Assembly: GCA_030141605.1 (NCBI GenBank)
Contig: JAQGDQ010000731.1
Coordinates: 1-64,000, forward strand
DNA: 64,000 bases
Source: Tubiluchus corallicola
Taxonomy: Eukaryota > Animalia > Priapulida
Direction: 5' to 3'
The notes under the pieces are model-generated. The model saw only the letters and a program-made list of their open reading frames with translations. It ran no database searches and was not told the DNA's origin. Shown in pieces: positions 11,072 through 22,989 of this stretch (position 1 is the first letter of the stretch; the number at the start of each line of letters is the position of its first letter). The position numbers and the translations under genes are program-made.

Positions 11072-13459
11072 ATGATGGATCAGGCAGTACAAGTAGTTCC
11101 TGGATTTGTGAAAATTGAAAGTGATGTTTTAGATGAATCCACAGATGTTAAGGTGCAAACTGACAATGTTCCTGTAAAAACCGAAAGTGATGCTGAATCA
11201 GTGAAAATAAACATCAACAAATGCAAAGTAGAAGATTGTGACAGTCAAGGACATGAAACTTCTGTAAAAACTGAACCTGATGTAAAAATAGGTAACATAG
11301 ATAACAGTAGCATTGATGTAACTTCACAAAGGAATGGAAGACTTAAACCTGAACCAGGTGTTTTAGCTCATGCTGTGGAAGATTTAGCAGATGATAAATT
11401 TTTCGCAAATGTGAACAAAGAATGCAAGGAGCTGCTATCTTTTCAGACTTCTCTTTCTGATCCTGTTGTTAAAGACATTCACAACGTAGCTAATTCCATG
11501 CAAGAATCATGTCAATCACGCAGAATCATATCTGCTATGTCAAGCGCAGTGAAATTGCCTTCACAAGTTCATATTAGTAAGAAGCCTTTCAAGTGTAGTC
11601 AATGTGATGCGGTATTTACTCGTGCATATACTCGGAAAGTGCATTTAAGAATTCACTCTGGAGAAAAACCATTTAAATGTTGTGAGTGTGATGCTGCTTT
11701 TACTCAGAGAAGTTCTCTGAAAGTACATTTAAGAATCCACTCTGGAGAAAAACCATTTAAATGTTGTGAGTGTGATGCTGCTTTTACTCAGAGAAGTGCT
11801 CTGATAGTACATTCAAGAATTCACTCTGGAGAAAAACCGTTTAAATGTGGTGAGTGTGATGCTGCATTTATTCATGCAGGCAATCTCAAAATGCACCTTA
11901 GAATTCACACTACAGAGAAACCTTTCAAGTGCAGTCAGTGTCCTGCTGCGTTTGCTTACTCACGTCATCTCAAAAAACACTTTAGAACTCATACTAAAAA
12001 AAAATCTTTCAAGTGCAGTCACTGTGATGCTTCATTTTCTTGTTCAACCCATCTTAAAACACATTGTAGAGTTCATACTGGAGAAAAACCATTCAAGTGC
12101 AATCAGTGTGATGCTGCATTTGCTTATACAAGTAGTTTGAAATTGCATTTAAGAATTCACACTGGAGAGAAACCTTTCAAATGCAGTCAATGTAAAGCTG
12201 CATTTGCTCATTCAGGTGCACTGACAGTACATTCAAGGACTCATACAGGAGAAAAACCTTTTAAGTGTTCTCAATGTGGGGCTGCATTTGCTCGTGCACA
12301 TCATCTAAAAGCACATTTAAGAATACATTCTGGAGATAAACCATTTAAATGTAATCAGTGTGATGCTGCATTTGCTCAGACTAGTGCTCTAAAAGTTCAT
12401 TTAAGAGTTCACTCTGGAGAAAGGCCATTTAAGTGTAGTCAGTGCGAAGCTGCATTTGTTCAGGCAGGTGACTTGACAGTACATTTAAGGTCTCATACTG
12501 GAGAAAAACCTTTTAAATGTAGTCAGTGTAATGCTGTATTTGGTCAGTCAAGCCATCTCAAAGCACATTTTAGAATTCACACTGGAGAGAAACCTTTCAA
12601 GTGCAGTCACTGTGAGGCTTCATTTGCTAACTCAGGTCATCTTAAGACGCATTCTAGAATTCACACTGGAGAAAGACCATTCAAGTGCAGTCAGTGTGAT
12701 GCTGCATTTACTCATATAAGCCATGTGAAATCACACTTTAGGACTCACACGGGCGAAAAACCATTCAAGTGCGGTCAGTGTGATGCTGCTTTTGCTCATA
12801 CAAGTAGTTTAAAAGTGCATTTGAGAACTCACACTCGAGAAAAACCTTATAAGTGCAATCAGTGTGATGCTGCATATGCTCACACAGATAGTCTGAAAGT
12901 ACATGCAAGAATTCACACTGGAGAAAAACCATACAAGTGCAACGAGTGTGGTGCTGCATTTGCAAGTAGAGGTCGTCTGAAAGTTCATTCAAAAATTCAC
13001 ACTGGCATCAAACTGTTCAAGTGCAATAAGTGTGATGCTGCATTTACCACATCAGGTAGCCTAAAAGACCATTTAAAAAATCACACTGGAGAAAGACCAT
13101 TCAAATGTAGTCAGTGTGATGCTGCATTTGCTTTATCAAGTACTTTAAACATACATTCAAAAACTCACTTGCGAGGAAAATGGTTTAAGTGCCGTCAGTG
13201 TGATGCCACATTTAAATGGTTTAGCAATCTGAAAATACATTCGAGATCTCACACTACAAGAGAACTTTTTAGGTGTGATCAGTGTGATGCTACTTTCCTT
13301 AAAGCAGGTAAATTAAAGGTACATTCAAGAACTCACAAGAGCTCACTTATTCAAGAACTCAAACCATTTAAGTGTATTAAGTGTGATGCTACTTTTGCTT
13401 GTTCGGCTTCTCTAAGTCATCACCATCAAGAGATTCACAAAAGGAAAACATATATTTAA
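11072..13459 (+). CDS. Tandem C2H2 zinc-finger protein ZNF-2, 22 fingers; paralogue of ZNF-1
   Basis: Intact ORF 10961-13459. Acceptor ttttacAG at 11042-11043, then ATG ATG at 11072/11075. The N-terminus is nearly identical to ZNF-1 up to DVTSQR. Confidence 0.94.
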   Translation: MMDQAVQVVPGFVKIESDVLDESTDVKVQTDNVPVKTESDAESVKININKCKVEDCDSQGHETSVKTEPDVKIGNIDNSSIDVTSQRNGRLKPEPGVLAHAVEDLADDKFFANVNKECKELLSFQTSLSDPVVKDIHNVANSMQESCQSRRIISAMSSAVKLPSQVHISKKPFKCSQCDAVFTRAYTRKVHLRIHSGEKPFKCCECDAAFTQRSSLKVHLRIHSGEKPFKCCECDAAFTQRSALIVHSRIHSGEKPFKCGECDAAFIHAGNLKMHLRIHTTEKPFKCSQCPAAFAYSRHLKKHFRTHTKKKSFKCSHCDASFSCSTHLKTHCRVHTGEKPFKCNQCDAAFAYTSSLKLHLRIHTGEKPFKCSQCKAAFAHSGALTVHSRTHTGEKPFKCSQCGAAFARAHHLKAHLRIHSGDKPFKCNQCDAAFAQTSALKVHLRVHSGERPFKCSQCEAAFVQAGDLTVHLRSHTGEKPFKCSQCNAVFGQSSHLKAHFRIHTGEKPFKCSHCEASFANSGHLKTHSRIHTGERPFKCSQCDAAFTHISHVKSHFRTHTGEKPFKCGQCDAAFAHTSSLKVHLRTHTREKPYKCNQCDAAYAHTDSLKVHARIHTGEKPYKCNECGAAFASRGRLKVHSKIHTGIKLFKCNKCDAAFTTSGSLKDHLKNHTGERPFKCSQCDAAFALSSTLNIHSKTHLRGKWFKCRQCDATFKWFSNLKIHSRSHTTRELFRCDQCDATFLKAGKLKVHSRTHKSSLIQELKPFKCIKCDATFACSASLSHHHQEIHKRKTYI

Positions 13460-14040
13460 CCCTTTCGCTAGGTAGTTGCTTTTTAACTGGGCCACATTGA
13501 TTGTTGCACGTTTGGCAATAACTTCTTGTTGTGTGTTACTAAAACAGAATCTTGTAAATAAACAAATAGCTGTTCGTTATTGAGAACTAATATCGAATAT
13601 TTGTTTTATTTCTACACATGCACCCGTTATAAATAAGCATGTACTTATATTTAGAAAACAGTTTTCACAAAACACATGACAACGAACAACATTCTTCAGG
13701 GGAACATACTATGCAGTAAGGTATTGTGGAATGCACTTAGCTTTAGATGCTGATTGGCTTGTTAGCATTAGTTGTTGCAAAGCAGCCACAATCCCACGGC
13801 TGTTAAACTTTTCTACAATGTTTTGCGTAGCCGAAATAGTAAAATTAACAAATTTTAGGCAGAGGTGTGCCATCTTCCGTAGTTAAAAGATTAATGAATT
13901 CACTGCTTTGCTCTTTAGAAAGAACAACACAGATTTCACATTAGGGAAAACCTTTTAGTCATCAATGTAATGTTTTATTTACTCCTTCAATGACCAGTAC
14001 TTTGATTCCTTCAGCACTGCACCACTCAAAATGGGTAAAT

Positions 14041-14520
14041 TACTAGCTTACATTGCCAGCTCGCTACAGCCCAAGCTGTGCAGTGCCCTGCTGCTACTTA
14101 TTGATGCTTACTAGCTTACATTGCCAGCTCGCTACAGCCCAAGCTGTGCAGTGCCCTGCTGCTACTTACTGATGCTTAGAGGTTTACATTGCCAGCTTGC
14201 TACAGCCGAAGATGTGCAGTCCCTGCTGCTACTTATTGATGCATTCTAGCTTACATTGCCAGCTTGCTACAGCCCAAGCTGTGCAGTGCCCTGCTGCTAC
14301 TTATTGATGCTTACTAGTTTACATTGCCAGCTTGCTACAACCGAAGCTGTGCAGTCCCTGCTGCTATTTACTGATGCATTCTAGCTTTCATTGCCAGCTT
14401 GCTACAGCCGAAGCTGTGCAGTGCCCTGCTGCTACTTATTGATGCTTACTAGCTTACATTGCCAGCTTGCTACAGCCCAAGCTGTGCAGTGCCCTGCTGC
14501 TACTCCAGGAAAAACCAAAA
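14041..14520. repeat. 68-bp minisatellite x7, derived from dispersed repeat family R1
   Basis: Unit tactagcttacattgccagcttgctacagcccaagctgtgcagtgccctgctgctacttattgatgct. The array ends in ccaggaaaaaccaa, as R1 copies do. Confidence 0.9.
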
Positions 14521-16489
14521 GATGTACTGCATTCACGTGCCAATAAAATAATAAAAAAATAAAAAATATACATAATCGTAACTGCACATTTATAAATGAA
14601 ATCTGTACTTTGTATATTTAATGTAAAAATGTTACATTATGCATTTCGTGTGTGAAAACTAGGTGCCACCACTCTGTCCTCCCTTTTGATTCGTTCATAA
14701 ATTAGTATGAAATAAATTATGTACGTGAAGATATACTTACAAGTAAAAAATAAAATATTCAATGATACGATAATAAAACTAGTTTTTTTATTTTGCATTG
14801 ATTTGTTTATTTATAACGTGTCATAATTAAATCAACAAAATAAAGAGGGGTGATTTTTTTTTCAGGTAAATTTTACTTTGCTTTTATAACACAATCATCT
14901 AGGGTCAAACAACCGTTAATAACCAGATAATTATAGTAACAAACGCCTCGCTTGGTGGTAAATGTACGTAATGTGTTACACTATGCAAACCGCAATAAGC
15001 CTCTTCATAGTTCCAGTGACAGATGATGATCATTAAAAGGCAAAGGTTAAGTGAACCAAACAACGCATTTGCGTACACTTAATGTACACACAAAGGGCAC
15101 ACATTTGTGTATCCTTTGTGTGAGGCGTTGTCAACGCAACTTGACAACACCTCACAGCCCCTGCTACTATAATAGTAACAGTTTTAATAGTTCTGCTGGA
15201 ACCTTAGCTAGTTCAGTTTTTCTTGCTGCCAAGCAAGATTCTGTTAGTAAATCACTCTACATACAGACTAATGCATAATTAAGTAAAGTCCATGTAAAAA
15301 TAACTTAAGTTGCTGAACTGATGCAGCAAACAGCTTTTCTTTTACCCGCGTGTCATGTGACGGTTAGAGCTAAGACGAGTTGTTATGGTACACTTGACCT
15401 TCGACCTACAGCAACTGCACGTGTGAACAACAAAACAGTGAAAAGGCTTATTGTCATTCTTCATATAAAATCAATTAACTTTTTGACTTTACATAGAAAA
15501 AAATTTTTTAGCATTCTGCCTGCTCTGAATGTCTGAAGGAGACGTAATGGGCATAATAATGAGAGTCAAAAGTCTCCTGTTTATTCCCAATAAATTTCTG
15601 TTGGACGTTATTTATACTTCCTGTTCGTATATCTGTCACTCACAACACGAATTACGCAGTTCAATTATTAAGTGAAAGTAAGACACTCAATTCGACTCAA
15701 AAATGATACAACTGTCAGCAATGTGTTTGCAATATTTTTGCCTGCCAAAATAAATTTGTACAATTCTGTTCATAAGTGACTAACTAAGGGCAGTAAAATA
15801 GCAAAAAACATTTTAAAGTAACTTTCTCAACATTTTAGGAATATCTCCAAAATCATAACAATTATTTATATAATATTAATCAGCACGCAAAACAAATAAA
15901 TTATTAGTTTTACATTTTAGGTAAACTCTTCATCAGCATTTTTAAGTACAACTCAGTATACTGTTAAAATGTTGATTAATTCACTGTTAGAGGCATTTCA
16001 GTTTCTCTGTAAAGCTTGACCTACACAATTAGACACCAAAATATGATTTTCTATGGCGACCAGCTAGAGAAGGCAAGGATAGTGTGAACAAAGCTTTAGA
16101 AATTTATGCAAGAACGAGTTCTTTTGCAGAGCTTTAAGCTAAAATTCCAGCCATAAGATGGCAGTACTTTTCAACTTCTCAACTTAAAAATATCAGCGGG
16201 CAATGACGATGAGGTTCATGCCCAAACACAGAAAGTGCGAGTAGTGTGGGTTCAATACTACCCCTGGGTGATTTCGTTTGTAAACTTTGGCTGTTTGTAT
16301 CGTAGAGGGAGAATGTACGTACGTGAGTAGTGATACTCCATTCATTCAGTAGTTTATCTTAGACGGATAATTTTGGTAATGAGTAGACCACAAACACCTC
16401 CGTCAGAGGTCCTGCTTTTGAACGATTTACTGCATGGGAATGAAGATGAAAAATAAACAAATGAATAGCTGATTTCACAGTGCAGAAAA

Positions 16490-16890
16490 ATTAAACCCTT
16501 GTTTCCTGCGGACTTCTTATCTATGGAACTCGAAAATGGGCCTATTGGAATATTACTTTACTGCTATAATTTAATCCTGGACATTTTTTGTTACAACTAA
16601 ACTGATTTTAAACCCTTGTTTCCTGCAGACTTCTTATCTATGGAACTCCACAATGTGCCTATTGGAATATTACTTTACTACTATAATTCAATCCTGGACA
16701 TTTCTCGTTGCAACAAAACTGATTTCGTCTCTTCCTTATGGAAAAGGTTCCGGCTATAATTCAATCCTGGACATATCTCATTACAACAGTACTGATTTTG
16801 TCTCGTTTTCCTAGGGAAAAGGTTTCTACTATAATTCAATCCTGGACATCTCTCATTACACCAGTACCAATTTTGTTTCGTTTCAAACGG
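16490..16890. repeat. Degenerate tandem repeat with core ctataattcaatcctggacatttctc..acaac..actgatttt, 4 copies; solo copy at about 6738-6790
   Basis: The core recurs at about 16564, 16681, 16754 and 16829. Confidence 0.8.
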
Positions 16891-17150
16891 GGTTCTTAAT
16901 TGTGGAATTCAACACCAGAAAATCATGTTTCTGTTAGTTACGTTCTCGCGTGATTCAGGAAAACAATCATCAAACATTTTCAATCAAAAGCAATCAGTCG
17001 TAAGAGAGCTGTTTACTTGATCTGTCAACCAATTCAGTTAATCACTCTTAATGGTTGCTTCATACCATGATTGGCCCTGCACCTTCACACTGTATATAAA
17101 CTGACTGATTACACTTAAATGGTTCTCTTCATTAACATCTAAAATTTTCG

Positions 17151-18263
17151 TCATATAGAAGCAGTATTTCGTGGACATCGTTTTCGTGACTTTACGCGTG
17201 TATGGCTTACCAGATGACGCTTCAAACTGCGAGGATCAACATAAGCAGCTGCACACAGCTCACACTTAAATGGCTTTTCTCCTGTGTGAGTTCTCAAGTG
17301 AAACTTCAATGTGCGTGACTCAGAAAATGCAGAACCACATTCCTCACATACAAATGGTTTCTCTCCAGTGTGAATTCTCTGGTGGTTCTTTAGATTGGTT
17401 GCTGAACTGAGTGCAGCACCGCATTGAAAACACTTAAATGGTTTTTCGCCAGTGTGAGTTTTGAGGTGATCTTTTAAATTACTTGACTGAACAAAAGCAG
17501 CTGTGCAGTAAGTGCACTTGAAGCGTTTGTCTCCAATATGCATTCTCACGTGTCTTGTCAAAGTGCCAGACTCAGAAAAGGCAGCAGGACAAAGAGTACA
17601 TTGAAAAGGTTTTTCCCCAGTGTGAATTCTGGCATGACGTCTAAAGCTACTCGAGTCAGAAAAAGCAGCTGCACATTTGTCGCATTTGTAAGGCTTTTCT
17701 CCGGTGTGAATTCTCAAGTGCTGCTTGAGGTGATTTGATCTAGCAAAAGCAGCTTCACATTCGCTGCATTTGTAAGGTTTTTCTCCGGTGTGAGTTCTTA
17801 CATGTTGGGTCAAATTCCCAGAATAAGTAAAGGCAGCGTCGCAATAAAGGCACAAATAACGCTTTTTTCTTGTGAGGGTTTTCAAATGTCTCTCGTCGTT
17901 CCCTACATTAAACTGGTCAAGTGTTTCGGCTGATGCATTGTCTTCAGTCTTTGCATCAGTAAACTCAGCTTGAAGGTCAACGTCTGATGGTTCATTCCCA
18001 TCAATATTTGCATCAGTAAACTCAGTTTGAGGATCAACAACTGATGGTTCGTTCCCATCAATATTTGCATCAGTAAACTCAGTTTGAGGATCAACAACTG
18101 ATGGATCATTCCCTTCAATATTTTCACTTTCATCTGATTCCGTTTTAAAAGACACAAAGTGATCTTGCTCATCTAGACTTGTTGGCACATCATCATCACT
18201 TCCATTAATTTCCGTTTCTTCAGACTTCGTTTTCAAGAAAACTGATTCCACCGTCTTGTTCAT
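17151..18263 (-). CDS. C2H2 zinc-finger protein ZNF-3, 8 fingers, acidic N-terminus with a 19-aa repeat x3
   Basis: ORF 17151-18275. Minus-strand acceptor gtttttacAG at 18292-18291 is followed by an in-frame TGA, then ATG at 18263. A 57-bp coding repeat lies at about 17950-18121. Confidence 0.92.
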   Translation of the reverse strand: MNKTVESVFLKTKSEETEINGSDDDVPTSLDEQDHFVSFKTESDESENIEGNDPSVVDPQTEFTDANIDGNEPSVVDPQTEFTDANIDGNEPSDVDLQAEFTDAKTEDNASAETLDQFNVGNDERHLKTLTRKKRYLCLYCDAAFTYSGNLTQHVRTHTGEKPYKCSECEAAFARSNHLKQHLRIHTGEKPYKCDKCAAAFSDSSSFRRHARIHTGEKPFQCTLCPAAFSESGTLTRHVRMHIGDKRFKCTYCTAAFVQSSNLKDHLKTHTGEKPFKCFQCGAALSSATNLKNHQRIHTGEKPFVCEECGSAFSESRTLKFHLRTHTGEKPFKCELCAAAYVDPRSLKRHLVSHTRVKSRKRCPRNTASI

Positions 18264-18344
18264 CTCAGCCGACAAAAACTTAACTCACTTCTGTAAAAAC
18301 AAATAAATAATTAACTTAATTAACTGACTGACACCAGACAGCAT

Positions 18345-18790
18345 GTGTATGCCTGCATTGCAAAACAGTCCATAACTCAGCAATTAAGCTTTTCCAGTTA
18401 TTCACATATCCTTAATCTCCATTTCACCACGATGATTTTGATACCAAGTTTATCGCTCTATGTTTTTCTAAGCTGAGATAATCCACACTGAACTTGAGAT
18501 GCAGGCCATGCAGTGAAAAATCATAAACTTGAGAAAAATCATTGTTAAAGTTAGCCATTATTTTGTGTTGCATTTCTAATAAACACTTAGCAACCGCGCA
18601 AATATTGGTTGCTACAGACTTAAAGAGAGCACATTGAAATTATGTTTAAATCCAGTAGATGGCTCTTCTTGATGAAGATCTGGGTTTGGCAACGGAAAAT
18701 ACCCAAAGCAAAATGACTGATTCCAGAAACTGCTATCGAAATTTGAAAATACAAGTTTTTTGTAGTTGCATTATTAATTTCTAGCCTGAA
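18345..18790 (+). mobile_element. Dispersed repeat family R2 (probable non-autonomous DNA transposon)
   Basis: tgtttaaatccagtagatggctcttcttgatgaagatctgggtttggcaacggaaaa recurs in reverse complement at about 31520, 32520 and 52800. Confidence 0.75.
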
Positions 18791-19200
18791 AGTGGATACG
18801 GGGTTGAGGTATTAGATTTTTAGTATTTTTCAACCTTTGATAATTTGAAGCTAGAATATAAAAGTGCAGTATATTTAGCATTTGTTTTGACGAAAAACAA
18901 AGAATTGACATTTGAACAAATTTTTGGTGCATTCTACTTTTGGTGCAATCATAACATAGTTTTAACTATGCTGACTCACGGACAGTTTTGGTTTGCAAGT
19001 GCACATATGCCGTCTGAAGTAACGAAATGAAGTGTCGTGGGTAAGCTATAAAATCACGTGACAGGGGAATCACCGTACAAAGAAGTGAGAGGCAAAAGAA
19101 TAGGAAAATGTAGTGTAAATTTTTATAAAGCAACCAAAAAAGGTCATTTCGCATTTACTCTAGCAAAGTGTAACTGGTTTTTGCAAATTTGACTTTACCT

Positions 19201-20068
19201 GTATGTTAGACTACTGAAGTTTTTTACTTTAACATAAGTGCATATACAGTACATATGTTTTTCTCACTTTAACATAAGTGCATACAAACTACATGTGTTT
19301 TTCTCACTTTAACATGAGTGCATACAAACTATATGTGTTTTTCTCACTTTAACATGAGCGCATACAGTGTATGCTATGTATGTTAGACTACTGAAGTTTT
19401 TTACTTTAACATAAGTGCATACACAGTACATATGTTTTTCTCACTTTAACATAAGTGCATACAAACTACATGTGTTTTTCTCACTTTAACATGAGTGCAT
19501 ACAAACTATATGTGTTTTTCTCACTTTAACATGAGCGCATACAGTGTTTTTCTCACTTTAACATAAGTGCATACAAACTACATGTGTTTTTCTCACTTTA
19601 ACATGAGTGCATACAAACTACATGTGTTTTTCTCACTTTAACATAAGTGCATACAAACTACATGTGTTTTTCTCACTTTAACATGAGTGCATACAAACTA
19701 TATGTGTTTTTCTCACTTTAACATAAGTGCATAGAAACTACATGTGTTTTTCTCACTTTAACATGAGTGCATACAAACTACATGTGTTTTTCTCACTTTA
19801 ACATGAGTGCATACAAACTATATGTGTTTTTCTCACTTTAACATAAGTGCATAGAAACTACATGTGTTTTTCTCACTTTAACATGAGTGCATACAAACTA
19901 CATGTGTTTTTCTTACTTTAACATGAGTGCATACACACCACATATGTGTCTTTCTTACTTTAACATGAGTGCATACACACCACATATGTGTCTTTCTCAC
20001 TTTAACATCAGTGCATACACACTACATATGTGCTTTCCACTTTATAATGAGTGCACACATTACATATG
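19201..20068. repeat. 40-bp minisatellite (tctcactttaacatgagtgcatacaaactacatgtgtttt), about 20 copies, with a higher-order duplication at the left end
   Basis: Directly visible; the tatgttagactactgaag block recurs at about 19202 and 19379. Confidence 0.95.
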
Positions 20069-20859
20069 ACAAATTACATGTCTAATACAGGCCGCTCCTA
20101 TGCAATTTACTTAAAAACTGTCGGTAATTGACTCAAATAACTTCGCATAATTGACTCTATATATTTCCTTCACGTACTTAAAAACAAAACACCTTGTTTG
20201 TGACCAAAGAGCTTTTACTGTTTTTAAATCATCTTTACGTCGATTTTGTGCACTATAATATATGTAGAACATTACATTATCATATCTGCTAATATGGAAG
20301 CATAGTGGTGACTGCAATTAGACTCTTTGGTTCTGTAAGCTAAACATTTAATCACTTCACCATCAGTTTGTTTTTGAAGCCCCTGCTGTTTTTGAAACAA
20401 GGTCATCACCAACTGCAGCTCAAGCACTAAGTGACTAGGTGTTTTGAGTGAATATGTGCAGCCTATGACAACAGATTTTCAACGTTTTTACCACTATCAG
20501 AATTTCATAAACTACTTCTTGGTGAAAAAATTAATCTTCATTTGCCTGTAATCTACTGTACATAAAATTTACCAGTTAATTGCCATGAAGTCACTCTTTC
20601 CAATACAGGATGCCCTGGTAGGTAGGCAGTTTCATTAGTCATGAAATTTAAAAGAATTTTTATTTAGGTCCTAATAGGGCCAAAAACTTTTCGAAATATT
20701 TCCGAAAAAAAAATTCTGATTTATTTATTCAGTCACAGAAAATTATGCAATGCCAACAATTTCTTTATTCAGTCACATGTCATAACTTTTTGACCGAATA
20801 ATGTCATGTTCAGTATTTTTAGTGTTCTATAGTTATCTCAAATAATAATGTTCATTTTC

Positions 20860-21545
20860 ACAGAACTCTATACACAACGTCAGAAATGTACAGGGCATAG
20901 AAACGCTGACTGCCCGCGAGCAATCGTGAGAGCAGCACAGATCATCATGTTGCACTAAGCAATCATATCGATTAGGTGATCGATCTGCAAAAATCGACCC
21001 GCACCTGGACTCTGGTAGAGTACACAAACACCAACTGTGACGCGCAAGCGGTTAAAACGTAGTTCAAACAATTTGTGATATTAGTAGTTGTAATCAGTAG
21101 ACAATCTATTTGCAACTTTTTGTAGCTTACGCTACATCGCCAATAATTATCAATAACGAGGTACAAAATTGAGAGCTGATCATTGGACGTGTAACTTAGC
21201 TAATGTCCTACATCAAGAAACGCAAACCTGAACATCTAAACGCAATTTACGATCACGTTTATTCAGCACTTCCTGCAGTTCCTTTATTTGTACAAAAAAG
21301 AAGAGTAAATCTTACATTTTAATACAGAATTTTATTACAGCAAGATTACAGCAACTTTGCATTATTTTCCGAGTCAGAAGTAACCATCTTAATGCTTTCA
21401 TGGAGTTCTTAGCGCACCGCTTTTCGACAAGTGGTGAAAACGCTTTATTTCAGGTCCAATTTATTGCTTCCACCATCATTTAAAAATTTTGCTCTTTTTA
21501 CAAATAATTAGTCTACCACTAGTTCAGATTCAGTGCTCAGTAAGT
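20860..21545. promoter_or_regulatory. Candidate bidirectional promoter and 5'UTR exons for head-to-head ZNF-3 (-) and ZNF-4 (+)
   Basis: Local CpG enrichment, ETS-like cacttcc at about 21268, plus-strand donor GTAAGT at 21540 and minus-strand donor-like GTAAGC at about 21130. Inference only. Confidence 0.4.
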
Positions 21546-22308
21546 CTTAAAAAGTGAAGTGCTAATAATTTTATTACTATGCTTATTGCATTTACTCTTG
21601 CAAACTTATTACTGAGATTAACTACCTATAAGCGTACAGTATTTTGCAACAACTTTTATTCTTTTGCCCACTATAATAAATTGTCGAGCTGCGTGCAAGA
21701 GCAATTACTGTTATAGGAGGTTCAATTAACTTCAATATTTAATTGCTTATTATCTAACGTCTGTAGATCATTTTCAAAGTCTGGACTCCAATTGTCAATC
21801 TCCTCATGCACTCAAACAGGCAATTTTTTTCGTGTTTTAACAATCTGCCTATTTATTTTACCTCAGATCATCAAAAATCGTGCTGCAACTTTTTAGTGAT
21901 TCCATTATACATCCGCTTGCTTATGTCTAAAAATTATGCTTGTGTTGCAAAGTATATTTCAGTTGCCATTGTTTTTATTTTTATGTTTCCGTTATCAGTT
22001 TTTTATTTTCAGTTCTTGTTTGATTTTTTTTATTATGCACTTATTATTACTGTGTATGAATTGTATTAACACGTTATAAGCATATCAATTTAACGTCATT
22101 CGTAACAATTAAATTTTTATTATAAGCAGTACTAACACTAATACACTGTAGCATATCGCTTATAAAAATGTTCATCACTAAGCAAAGAGCAGCTGACTAG
22201 ATGACCAATTGGTCTTTTGCTGCCCTTTCTTCACATTTTTGTTTCTAAATTAATTTTATTGTAACTGTGCGTGTGTTGCAAGATAAACAAAAGATTATTA
22301 TATATCAC

Positions 22309-22342
<34 letters not shown>

Positions 22343-22989
22343 GCTATGTATGTTTTTCATACAATAGCAGTTAAAGTTACAGGTTATACAAGGCTTATTT
22401 TGGATGGTGCAGTCCATAATAGTTTTACCACTAAACATGGCTGAGACGTCTTAATTGATTACAGTTGTTCAAACAAATTCATGATCAATTTCTGTCCATT
22501 TGAACTGGATATCTAGAAATTGTTTCATTTTTTGCTAACATCAGAAATCATGAATATCACTTAAGTATTCATGGATTAAATTTCTGAAAGGCTTGCCTCA
22601 CTACTACTGCATAATAATAGTTCACCATATGTATTAATATTTTATTATTTTTACATACTTGAACTGCAGTGCATTCGTTTTGTAAAACTTTATTTGTATC
22701 GTATTTCTACGTTTCGTTTTACTCTGGAATTTTTTTATTGTCTGCGGTTTTGGTTGCTTGGTTTTTCTATTTGTTTGTTTACAAAAATGAAGGAACAAAT
22801 AAAGAGGCAAAGCTGTTGGTATTCGCATCTTTTGTGCTGCTTGTGCCAATACAGAATAGATACTAGGCCTTATTGTTTTCAAGGAAATTAAGTATCTTTG
22901 ACTTACAATTAATGCATGAATCGGAAGAGCGGGGTGAATTTTTCTATACGTTGGTCACTGTGTGATCTATGGCTAACATTTTAATGTTT

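Larger units (their letters stand above)
8598..13700 (+). repeat. Tandem segmental duplication, copy 2
   Basis: Colinear with 1-5716. It has extra segments at about 9272-9358 and about 10404-10927 and lacks the SINE. Confidence 0.93.

Noticed and set aside
2043-13459. PRDM9 or KRAB-ZNF orthology
   Set aside because: No SET, KRAB or SSXRD sequence is visible; the similarity is limited to array behaviour, so no gene symbol is assigned.
16200-16470. Second SINE (gggttcaatac B-box-like)
   Set aside because: No convincing A box, tail, TSD or second copy in the window.
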